Shown one piece after another: positions 20,819 through 29,583 of a DNA stretch of 64,000 nucleotides. The translations under genes were made by a program, and so were the position numbers. Origin of the DNA: Vulcanimicrobiota bacterium (lineage in GTDB: Bacteria; Vulcanimicrobiota; Vulcanimicrobiia; Vulcanimicrobiales; Vulcanimicrobiaceae); NCBI GenBank assembly GCA_963714015.1, contig OY970223.1, positions 64,001-128,000 of the forward strand, written 5' to 3'. The notes beneath the pieces were generated by a model, which did not search any database, was not told the DNA's origin, and worked only from the letters and a program-made list of their open reading frames with translations. Numbering within the stretch: the first letter of the stretch is position 1; the number at the start of each line of letters is the position of its first letter.

Positions 20819-22588
20819 ATGAAGACCGAGTCGCCTTCAATCGGCACTTGGAAACGATGCCTCGTAGCATGCGTTGTAATCGGTCTTGCCGCCGTGCTCG
20901 CGTCCGCCTACATTCAACGCGTGCCATTCCCCGATCTCGGTTTTGACCTGCGCGTCGACGCAGCATCACGGAATGTTTTTGTTTCTTCCGTTGACCGGGC
21001 CACCCCGGCCTGGCGTGCTGGCTTGCGTCCCGGCGACGCGCTTGCCGTTAAAGACTTGGATATATCGCAACGCATAATTTTGTCAGGCCCGACACAGCCG
21101 TCCGTAGATCCTTTGCGTGTTGACCTGCCGGTTTTACGCAGCGGCAGTACGCACAGAATTTCGTTCGCCGCCCGTGCCGACGCGGCTACATTAGAGACGC
21201 TGTTCGCCAATTACTTCGTCCTCATCGGCGACCTGCTAATGTTAGCCGTTGCGCTCCTCATCGGCACGCGCAAACCGGAAAACCGCGACGTACGGGATAT
21301 CTGTCTCGTGCTGCTGACCTACGCAGTCGGAAACGGTTTGTACAACCTGAGCCTTAACTGGGCTCCGCTTCTGATTCTGATGAACATCGCGAATTTGGGT
21401 CCGATTCTCTCTGCGGTTTTATTTGGTCTCTTCGCGATGCGTTTCGTCACCAACGTTAAGGCACGCACGCTTGCGACAGGCATCGGCAGCGCGATTTTCC
21501 TTGCGGCCAGCGTGTTGACAGTGCTCTTCCTGATGGGAGCAGCGACGGCCCGTCCCGATCCGTTCTGGCTCTCGCGATGGCCGTGGACGTCTTACTTATT
21601 CGCAGAAAGCTCTCACTATTTCTTTGCACGTCTCTTCGCGCTGATCTGCGGCATTTACGCGATCGCCGCCTCTCGCGGGGCGCAGCGGCAACGTATCGTT
21701 TGGGCGACGGCCGCGGTAGCAGTCCTGTATGGAACAGCGGTGATCGTCCAACCTCTTGTTCGGCTTGGCGTTATACCCGTGTCATTTGACGAACCGATCG
21801 TCGACGTCGGCGTCTTTCTTTTCCCAATCGGGCTTGCGTACGCGGTGCTGAAACGACGAATACTTGACATCGGATTCGTCATCAACCGCGCCGCGGTGTT
21901 TTCCGGCGTGTCGATCATCGTCGTGGGCATCTTCGTACTGGTGGAGTGGCTGCTATCGGAATGGTTCGGAAGCCTGAGCCACACGGCAAATCTGGCTATA
22001 GGCGCTGCTTTGGCACTCTTCTTAGGTTTTTCGGTGCGAGCGATTCACCAACACGTGGACCGCACTCTCGACGCGGTCTTTTTCCGAAAGCGGCATGAAG
22101 ACGAGAAAGCCATCCGAACGTTTGCGCATGAGGCCTCGTACATAACGGACCTTGGAACGCTCATCGCGCGCGCGAAGCAGACGCTCGAAGCTCATGCCGA
22201 CGCCGCGTTCGCCAACCTAGCGTTAGACGACGGCCTTGGGCTTTACGGCGACGTGAGCGAAAACGATCCCGCGATCGTCGCCTTGCAAGCATGGCGCCAG
22301 GTGCTCGATCTTCATACCGTGCAAACCCGGTTGCAAGGCGAATTCGCCTATCCGATGATCGCACGTGGCCGTCTAGTGGGTGCGCTTATCGTCGGGCCGA
22401 AGCGCACCGGTGAGTCGTACGCGCCAGATGAATCCGACGCGATCGCGCAGCTTGCACACGGGGTCGGTGGCGCGCTGGACATCCTGACGCTCAATGCGGG
22501 CGTTTCGTTAGAAACCTTGTCCGAACAACTGCGCGACTTTCGCGATACCATGGTGGCCGAGCTTCGCGCAATGCGTGCTCCGCTGTAA
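20819..22588 (+). CDS. PDZ + multi-TM + GAF-like membrane protein with no output domain (paralogue 6)
   Basis: VDRATPAWRAGLRPGD (PDZ), KRRILDIGFVINRAAVF, AYPMIARGRLVGALIVGPKRTGESYAPDE. Confidence 0.82.
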   Translation: MKTESPSIGTWKRCLVACVVIGLAAVLASAYIQRVPFPDLGFDLRVDAASRNVFVSSVDRATPAWRAGLRPGDALAVKDLDISQRIILSGPTQPSVDPLRVDLPVLRSGSTHRISFAARADAATLETLFANYFVLIGDLLMLAVALLIGTRKPENRDVRDICLVLLTYAVGNGLYNLSLNWAPLLILMNIANLGPILSAVLFGLFAMRFVTNVKARTLATGIGSAIFLAASVLTVLFLMGAATARPDPFWLSRWPWTSYLFAESSHYFFARLFALICGIYAIAASRGAQRQRIVWATAAVAVLYGTAVIVQPLVRLGVIPVSFDEPIVDVGVFLFPIGLAYAVLKRRILDIGFVINRAAVFSGVSIIVVGIFVLVEWLLSEWFGSLSHTANLAIGAALALFLGFSVRAIHQHVDRTLDAVFFRKRHEDEKAIRTFAHEASYITDLGTLIARAKQTLEAHADAAFANLALDDGLGLYGDVSENDPAIVALQAWRQVLDLHTVQTRLQGEFAYPMIARGRLVGALIVGPKRTGESYAPDESDAIAQLAHGVGGALDILTLNAGVSLETLSEQLRDFRDTMVAELRAMRAPL

Positions 22589-22623
22589 AAAAAGCGCAGT
22601 CGAAGAGTCGCCGCGCTTTTAAT

Positions 22624-22710
22624 TCGAAACGCTAGAGCGTTAGAACGTCAAAACGCTAAAACGTCAGAACGCTAAAACGGTCAAAACGGCGTTATCTCAC
22701 CTTTTAGGCG
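22624..22710 (+). repeat. copy R5 of the dispersed element (eight 8-mers and core; boxes absent), preceded by a hairpin at 22587-22620
   Basis: TCGAAACG CTAGAGCG TTAGAACG TCAAAACG CTAAAACG TCAGAACG CTAAAACG G TCAAAACG GCGTTATCTCACCTTTTAGGCG. Confidence 0.9.
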
Positions 22711-22760
22711 TCCGGCACTTCGTGTCCGCCTGATCGAAGCATTGTGTGGCGCGACTGCGT

Positions 22761-22790
22761 AAAAAAGCCCTGCAAATGCGGGGCTTTTTG
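22761..22790. terminator. bidirectional terminator-like hairpin upstream of R6
   Basis: AAAAAAGCCCTGC-AAAT-GCGGGGCTTTTT. Confidence 0.7.
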
Positions 22791-22812
22791 GTCTTAATCT
22801 TTTGGATCTTCA

Positions 22813-22928
22813 CTAGAACATTAGAACCTAAAACGTCAAAATGCTAGAACGCTAGAACGTCGTTGTCTCACCTCTTACGGGAATTTCACCCTAACTAGCG
22901 CTTTTTGCATAAATTTCGTCCTAACTGC
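22813..22928 (+). repeat. copy R6 of the dispersed element (six 8-mers, core, two boxes)
   Basis: ...CTAGAACG CTAGAACG TCGTTGTCTCAC...TTTCACCCTAACT (22884)...TTTCGTCCTAACT (22914). Confidence 0.9.
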
Positions 22929-23210
22929 GCGCGAGGCCGGTTGGTCCTGCGCCATGCGGGATGCTGGCACGAATGAAAGGTCCATTGTCGGCGCGTGTGC
23001 TTGTGGTACGCCGGCCAGCCGCCGGGAGCGTCGATGCACCGCGGATTGTTCGGCGTCGTCGGATACGTGCGCGTTTTGGCACCCGGAAAGTCGTTTATCT
23101 TGGGAACAAACACTCGGTTTATACGCGTCAGTGGAATGGCACCGAAAAGTTCCTAAACGCTTCGGATTGAAAACGAAAAGTGCACGTTTGAATGTGAACG
23201 TGTTCGCGCC

Positions 23211-23711
23211 TCAAACCCTGCCTGCGAGTAACTCATCCAGCTGCGCGAACTGTTCGGGCAGGCCTTCCGCCGAACCGGCGAGGGCTTCGTCGAGGGCCGC
23301 TTCTGTGGGGTAAAGTTCGTGTAGAATGACCAGCGTCTTGCCGGCATTTTCTTCGAACGTCACAGTGGTCACGGCGCCCTGATCGCTTTCTTCGTTCGTC
23401 CAGACGAGACGCTTGTTCGGCGTCACTTCTCGGTACGTGCCGAAGAACGCCATCGGTTGATCGAAGGCCGGATGGCGGAACACGAGGCGATACGCGCCCC
23501 CGGTGCGCACATCCATGTCGCACGAGACCAGCGACATGCCTGCCGACTTCGGAACCCACCAAATCTTGAACAATTCGGATTTGCTCCACGCTTCGAAGAC
23601 GATGTGCGCCCGGGCATTGAACGTTCGCGTCACGACGAGTTCGCGGTCGGACTTGCGTTCCACCACTGTGCGGTTGATGGTGGCGGGACTAGTTTCTTTT
23701 GCTTCAGGCAT
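23211..23711 (-). CDS. SRPBCC/AHSA1 (START-like) domain protein
   Basis: ELVVTRTFNARAHIVFEAWS...CDMDVRTGGAYR. Confidence 0.88.
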   Translation of the reverse strand: MPEAKETSPATINRTVVERKSDRELVVTRTFNARAHIVFEAWSKSELFKIWWVPKSAGMSLVSCDMDVRTGGAYRLVFRHPAFDQPMAFFGTYREVTPNKRLVWTNEESDQGAVTTVTFEENAGKTLVILHELYPTEAALDEALAGSAEGLPEQFAQLDELLAGRV

Positions 23712-24055
23712 CTGACTTCTCCTTACATTTCAAGTGCTCGACAATCTTGTCCAGCGCGTCGAAGCGTGCGCTCCAGAGCTGGCGGTGCCGCTCGATCCAG
23801 GCGGCCTCTTCTTCCAGCGCGCGCATGCCAAGTCTGCAGGTTCTGACGCGCCCGGTCTTTTCAGTAGTGACGAGCGCTGCCCGCTCCAGCACGGCAACAT
23901 GCTTCTTCATGCCCGTGAGGGTCATCCGGAACTTTCCGGCGAGGTCCGTAATCGAGGCGTCGGAGTGGGCGAAGCTGCTCCAGCACGCCGCGCCGAGTCG
24001 CGTCCGAGAGCGCGGCGAATGAAGCGTCGAGGCGGGGTTCGTTATACTGAACCAT
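23704..24055 (-). CDS. ArsR/SmtB family regulator with a +1 frameshift near 23970
   Basis: FAALSDATRRGVLEQL, then MTLTGMKKHVAVLERAALVTTEKTGRVRTC in another frame. Confidence 0.85.
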
Positions 24056-24068
24056 ATAGTTCAGTATA
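24043..24068. promoter_or_regulatory. ArsR operator palindrome overlapping its own start codon
   Basis: TATACTGAAC-CATATA-GTTCAGTATA, perfect 10-bp arms. Confidence 0.75.
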
Positions 24069-24439
24069 TAGCAGATCGAATTGCCGCGCAAGAGGCAAGG
24101 TGCTGGCCTACTAAGGGCCGGCGACGAGCCGCTCGGTCAGCAGAAGGCTATCCCCGGCTCGAATTAGCGCTCCCTCACCGCTCGCGTGTTCGGGGCTCAC
24201 GGACAAAATTCGGTGCAGTATAGGCACGTTTCGTGCGCTTACGGTAGCCCTCGAGTATGCGATTTAGCACGCTGGGCAACGCCGGAATACTTGCCAATGC
24301 GCTTGACGACAACGCCGCGGTCCTGCAAGAACTGGATATGAGCGCAGACGCGCACGGATCCCTAAGCGCTGGAACGCCCTGTAAACACAGGGCGTTTCAG
24401 CATCATCGTATGCGAATGAATTACATTTCTATGTTAAGA

Positions 24440-24552
24440 CGAATTTCGTAACTCGCGATTTTCCGTTAGTTAGGTGAGTCCGCACTAGAACGGTCAAAAA
24501 CGTCAGAACGTCAGAATGTTAAAACGCTAGAACGGCGTTGTCTCTTAACTGC
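24440..24552 (+). repeat. copy R7 of the dispersed element (inverted box, six 8-mers, core, internal deletion); hairpin upstream at 24373-24396
   Basis: AGTTAGGTGAGTCCGCA CTAGAACG...CTAGAACG GCGTTGTCTC TTAACTGC. Confidence 0.88.
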
Positions 24553-24555
24553 AAA

Positions 24556-25116
24556 CTACGGCGCAAGCGACTCCTGCGCCTCGAGGCGCCAAGCCTCGAA
24601 GGCGCTCTCGAATTGAACGCGCTTTCTGAACGGAGCATTGTACTTGCGGACATCGAATGGCCGCCTGTTGAGGGCATCGAAAACGAGGTATTCGAAATCG
24701 GCCCATCGCGGATTACTCGGATGGCGTTCACGCCATGCGTATGCGAGCGGACCGAGTCTCTTCCATACGTCCGGGGACGTCATGATAATTGGAGCGAACA
24801 AATCACGATCTGCGATGCCGTAATTTATCAGCCTTGCTGCCGTTTGATAAAACCCACCGTACATCAGCACTCGGTGATCTATGCCTTCGCGCAGCGTCTT
24901 CTCCAGCAACGCAGCATCGCGAAAGTCGCACGTTTCGACATACTCGCGGGCGGCCACCATCTCTGGAGAGTTCAGGCGCCCCATCAAATCTACGTATGTC
25001 CCGATTTGGTACGTCAGGCGCAAATGTTTGAGTTGCACGATCGCAGCGACGGCTCCGACCAACACGACGAGCGCGCCGGCAATAGCGGCAAGCGCACTGA
25101 TTTCATCCCATCCCAT
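24556..25116 (-). CDS. DUF4760-like protein (N-terminal TM helix plus helical domain)
   Basis: AIAGALVVLVGAVAAIVQLKHLR...LNSPEMVAAREYV...WADFEYL. Confidence 0.6.
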   Translation of the reverse strand: MGWDEISALAAIAGALVVLVGAVAAIVQLKHLRLTYQIGTYVDLMGRLNSPEMVAAREYVETCDFRDAALLEKTLREGIDHRVLMYGGFYQTAARLINYGIADRDLFAPIIMTSPDVWKRLGPLAYAWRERHPSNPRWADFEYLVFDALNRRPFDVRKYNAPFRKRVQFESAFEAWRLEAQESLAP

Positions 25117-25201
25117 GGGTGAACTATTTTGTCGAGGTGCATCCTTCCGCCTGGGAAGCTAAGAAGAAGCCTCGCGATGAGTCGCCAGGCTCTTGATTTG
25201 A

Positions 25202-25226
25202 CTAGAACGTCAGAACGTCAGAACGG
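25202..25226 (+). repeat. copy R8, 8-mer arm only (three units), preceded by a hairpin at ~25165-25195
   Basis: CTAGAACG TCAGAACG TCAGAACG G. Confidence 0.8.
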
Positions 25227-25324
25227 AAGGGGGAACCAAAATCCGTTAACTTCCGAACAGCATTTTGCGATGATCCTGGTGTGCGACGCGACGTACTGCA
25301 AAAGCACGCCATACGCTTGTTGGT

Positions 25325-25615
25325 CTAGCCCGCGTCCGAATCCCAGCCATAGCGGTGGCCGTCCTTTGCTAGTCCAACAATGTCCGGTATTGGAAGACCG
25401 GTTCGCTTGCGCACTTGGGTGAGCACCTCGTCGTTTGTACGATCGCCCGCAAGGGCGGACAACATCCATTTTGCGCCCCAAAGGCCACCGCGCAGATACT
25501 CCGTTTGCCGACTATCGGGATTTTCCGCAGCGTCTTGATGTAGCATCTTCACAATCTGCTCTACGACGCGGCTCGCAACGACGTTGTCGTCAACGACAAT
25601 TCTTCGCGAATTCAC
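25325..25615 (-). CDS. hypothetical protein (96 aa)
   Basis: ORF with natural-looking composition and no recognised motif. Confidence 0.4.
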   Translation of the reverse strand: MNSRRIVVDDNVVASRVVEQIVKMLHQDAAENPDSRQTEYLRGGLWGAKWMLSALAGDRTNDEVLTQVRKRTGLPIPDIVGLAKDGHRYGWDSDAG

Positions 25616-25770
25616 CGGGGTGCGCCGGAGTCCGCGGATCGGGACGCCTGCGGAAAGGCGAGCAATAGCGCAGCCGCGAGGATTACCGGCGGAATTTTCA
25701 TGAGGCTATAATACTACGGCATTGCGTCCCATTTGCGCTGGGCGCGACTGGCCGTGAGGTTTTCCGGGGC

Positions 25771-27506
25771 TCAGGATGACAAGTTTAGGGCGGTCGCCGG
25801 TGCGATGGCCTGGTAACGGGAGAGTTCGATTCCGGTGTATGCCTGGGCCGCGGACTCGCATAAATGTTCCAGCGTTTCGATCTCGTCGGGATCGAGTTTC
25901 GTGCCGCTGCGGTGGATGCCGTATAGCACGAATGCCATCAGTGAGTCGCCCTGGAAAATGGGAACTGCGACGGCCGGCGAGCCACCGTGCTCGCGGAACG
26001 GCGCTGCAACGTACGCGCGAAGATCGCCTATAGCCAGTCGCGTTCGCTCGGTCAGTAAGAATCGCACGACATCGTGATCTCGATCGAACGGCGGCGTATC
26101 GATCTCGCTCCATCCGACGACACGTACCGGGACGTAGCTCGCGCCGCGAGGTCGAAACAGCGCTGCGGCCGTGAGGTCGAACTTTTCGTACGGATCGTGA
26201 ACCAGCGCGTTGTCGACGGCTTCCTCGCGCTGGGCAACGCGCAGCGTTTTCGCAAGGCGGCGCAGATAGGACTCGGCTTCGTATTTGTGCCGGAACAGAA
26301 AGAAGTCAACGGCATACTCGAGCCAGCGGTACGTTCGATGCAGAACGAACCCCAGGCCGATCGTTACCAGCGCCTCGATCGCCATCGCGGCGCGAGCTTC
26401 GTGCAGATACGCGCTGGTGGCCCAGTCCACTACCCCGATCAGACCGACGACGATCGTGGTGATCGTCGCGTACACGACGGTGCGGCTAATGACGAACCGC
26501 ACGTCGATCACGTGCCGCCTCAGAATCGCGTACATGAGCGCGACCGGCATGACGACGGTCAGCATTGCGGCGATCGTGCCGGCACTGCCCGGCAACACGG
26601 AGACGCTGCGCAGATTGTTCGTTATAGCTCCCCAGATGATCGCAAACGCGGCCCATCCGAAACGAGCGCGTTCATGGCGCTGCATCGTAGCAAGCCGGGC
26701 GATGACGACGATGACGGTCCCCGCTGCAAAAACGTGACCAACAGTCCCGAACAAAGCGCGCGAGACCCACCAGGCGGTCTGCACATCTGCGAAGGTAAAC
26801 AGCGCCATCAGTGCCGCGGTCGCCGCCCCGGCGATCCAAAGGCCCCATAGTCGCCAAGGCTGTTTGGGACGATCCTCCGGCACGAGTAGTGCAAATAACA
26901 GCAGAAATCCCGACGCACTTGCGCCGAGAACAACGAAAGATGATTCGTACAGTGCGTACACGGCCGGTGGGAGAAGCGTCTCGTTTAAGGAGATGGCGAC
27001 GTTCGGCAGACTGAACAGGCAGTACGCAAAGAACGTCCATGTCATGGTGCCCGGCCGCCCCAACACCAGCGCGATACCACTCAAGAGAAATACCGCGTAT
27101 TCGAGAAGGCGAAGCATGGCAACGATGTCGTTGCCGTAGAACGACGCCGCGGGCGGCCGTACCGCGCCGGCGAATTGCACGTCGCGCACGCCTCGCGGCC
27201 GTTGGACGCATACCCGGATGGGCGTCCCGGCGAGGTATCCGGCGGAAATCCCATCACGTCGCGCGCGAACAGCAACGCGTGGTCCCTCCTGGATAAGCAC
27301 GAGATCACGTCACCCGAACGCAACCCCGCTGCGTACGCGGGAGAACCCCGATCGACGTCGACGACATTACGCTGGAACGCCGCGCCGGTGCGATGAAAAT
27401 GTACGCCCGTGTATACGGTCGGGGGATGGGCGAACATCGGAGAACCTACCAGCAGCAAAAATATCGCCGCCAGCGCTACGACCGTAATTGCCCGAACACC
27501 GGCCAT
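25771..27506 (-). CDS. PDZ + multi-TM + GAF-like membrane protein (paralogue 7), frameshifted near 27250
   Basis: GGGAGG RBS; VDRGSPAYAAGLRSGDVI (PDZ); RRHVIDVRFVISRTVVY; VAVPIFQGDSLMAFVLYG...KLDPDE. Confidence 0.8.
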
Positions 27507-27565
27507 CTATACCTCCCGGGACGGCTCGTGCGACGTATTCGGTAGTGCTAGGCTTGAGCCATGCA

Positions 27566-27790
27566 TCATTTCTTGCGTCGTTTCGTCTGAATCGAGGCGG
27601 TGAGAAGCGGCGGCCGCGGTGCTTTGCGCAGCGCCGGCTCCGCTGCCATAGGCTCGACGGGCGTTGGTCGAAAGTTCAAGATCAAGACGCGGATTATTCC
27701 CGCAACGGGCACTGCGAGCAACAAACCCGGAATCCCGGCGAGTTCTCCTCCCGCAAGAAGCGCTAATATGACGGCAAGCGGTGTTCTGGC
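27566..27790 (-). pseudogene. 3' fragment of an AI-2E (PerM-like) transporter gene
   Basis: PLAVILALLAGGELAGIPGLLLAVPVAGIIRV is typical of the AI-2E C-terminus; the upstream part is absent. Confidence 0.7.
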
Positions 27791-28620
27791 CTGGGGCGAA
27801 GATGAGATGGAGTGCAATCTGGGCGTGGACATTGACCGCCTGGCTGCGATGATTGAAAACGGTCATTTTCCGGTGTAAGTCTAAGTACGACTACGGCAGA
27901 TTGTGCGGTTCGATTCGCGGACGAGTTGGCCGGCAATCGCTCGAGCTGAGCAATCCCTCGTCCTTACCTAGGCTGCTCGATGTAAGTTCAGCGTCGCGAT
28001 GAGTACATGCAACGTCGTTAGTTTACATGACTTCTAAGCCATGGCGTCAAAGTCTGAAAAGCTCCATCAATTAGACTGGACTTTTTCGTTCTTATCGCAG
28101 CGGTGGTTTTGGGAACTTCGAAATGGCGTTCGGGCGGCTAAGCCATCACCCCAATTAAAGAATTGAGTCTCGGTCGTATTCACGTGAGATCCGTTGAGCG
28201 AAATGTCGTCGGACTCCATCCACGGCGTTTGCTTGCAGGTTTCACCGACATTGTGGTAGTGCGTTTCGAACATCGACCAACCTTGGCCGCCGTTGATTTC
28301 ACCGCTTCCGGAATCGTCATAAATGTCTTCCCAGATTTTTGTCCTGTAGTTACGCTTGGCCTTATTGCGGCGGCTTGACAAAATTGAAGAGCAGCAGCAG
28401 CGGTCCGTCGAGAATGTGCGGGTGATCATACGGCGGCTGGGCGAGAGTAAGTTTACAAGGCCGCTCTAGCCTCGGGTTCTTGCCGTAGCCTATCCGCGGT
28501 TTGGATTGTTCTGGAAGTCCCTAAGGTCCCTTCGATCATAGTGGCCGAATCGCTCGCCGATGAGTGGCCAACCTGCATGAGCAGAATCAAAGGCTTAACT
28601 TAACATTCGAACCCATAAAG

Positions 28621-28653
28621 AAACGGATGCCCCCGATAAACGAGGTGCATCCG
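28621..28653 (-). terminator. intrinsic terminator after rpsF-ssb
   Basis: minus strand CGGATGCACCTCG-TTTAT-CGGGGGCATCCG followed by TTTCTTT. Confidence 0.65.
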
Positions 28654-28728
28654 CTATACAAATGCCTGATGTTGTTTGAGTTTTGCCCGCTTCTCCGCGA
28701 GGAACTTAATTAATGCTTTTGGTTCCCC

Positions 28729-29157
28729 CTAGAAAGGAATTTCGTCGTCCAGATTTTCGTCCATGCGGCCGCCTCCGCCGCCGACGCCGACCGGTGCGCC
28801 GTTGTACGAGTCGCCGGATTCCTGGCGATCGCGCGGCGAATCGAGCATTTGCATCGTGTTCAGCACGACCTCGGTGGCTTTGCGCTTGTTGCCGTCCTTG
28901 TCGTCGTACGAGCGGATCACCAGGCGGCCCTCGACGAGCACGTTCATGCCCTTCTTGAGATACGTGTTGCAGGTTTCTGCCAGCTTCTCCCAAGCTACGA
29001 GGTCCACGAACAGCGTATCCTCGGGTTTGGCGTCGCGTTTGTTCGGGTTTACCGCGATGGAAAACTTGGTCACGCCGGCGCCGGAACCGACGTAGCGGAT
29101 CTCCGGATCGCGAACCAGCCGCCCTACCAAAATTACTTTATTGAACGATCCTGCCAT
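28729..29157 (-). CDS. ssb: single-stranded DNA-binding protein
   Basis: NKVILVGRLVRDPE, VEGRL, C-terminal DDEIPF. Confidence 0.97.
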   Translation of the reverse strand: MAGSFNKVILVGRLVRDPEIRYVGSGAGVTKFSIAVNPNKRDAKPEDTLFVDLVAWEKLAETCNTYLKKGMNVLVEGRLVIRSYDDKDGNKRKATEVVLNTMQMLDSPRDRQESGDSYNGAPVGVGGGGGRMDENLDDEIPF

Positions 29158-29244
29158 GATGCGTCACTCTCTTCTTCGTCTTTGAATCAAACTGCTGTGC
29201 GGGATGCTCTTAGGCTACGGCGTGCCCGTGCCAGGGGTATGGCA

Positions 29245-29583
29245 TTATTGTTGCGGCGCGATTGCCGCGGCGGCCTTTTCGGCCGCGACCGCATGTTTGT
29301 CCAGTTTAATGAGCAGCGCCCGCATCACATCCTCATTCAGGCCGAGCTGACGCTCGAGCTCGTGCGCGGCCGGCGCTTCGCTTCGGAAACGCATGACGGC
29401 GTAAATGCCCTCGCGCAGATCGTTGATCTCGTACGCCAGGCGTTTCTTGCCAAGAACCTCGAGGTTCAGAACCTCGCCGCCGTTGCTCTTTAGGGATTCG
29501 GAGATAGCGGCCGTGCGTTCACCGACCTCGTTCTCTTCGAGGTTCGGACGAAGAATATACGTGACTTCGTAGTCGATAGCCAT
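29245..29583 (-). CDS. rpsF: 30S ribosomal protein S6
   Basis: YEVTYILRP...GKKRLAYEI...EGIY...VMRALLIK. Confidence 0.96.
   Translation of the reverse strand: MAIDYEVTYILRPNLEENEVGERTAAISESLKSNGGEVLNLEVLGKKRLAYEINDLREGIYAVMRFRSEAPAAHELERQLGLNEDVMRALLIKLDKHAVAAEKAAAAIAPQQ

Noticed and set aside
22624..22860. LexA/SOS boxes in the GAAC-containing 8-mers
   Set aside because: These are direct repeats with an 8-bp period, matching neither the GAAC-N4-GTTC palindrome nor GTTC-N7-GTTC.
16121..24552. Classical integron attC sites
   Set aside because: GTTAGGY and CCCTAAC boxes occur, but in the order GTTRRRY...YYYTAAC, the reverse of attC. The element is not one long imperfect palindrome and no intI is present.
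16095..25241. CRISPR array interpretation of the dispersed repeat
   Set aside because: Copies are degenerate, composite and mostly separated by kb-scale genes rather than 30-40 bp spacers; no cas genes are present.
28067..28429. 120-aa ORF as a real gene
   Set aside because: The middle looks protein-like but there is no credible start or family; at most an unidentifiable gene fragment.
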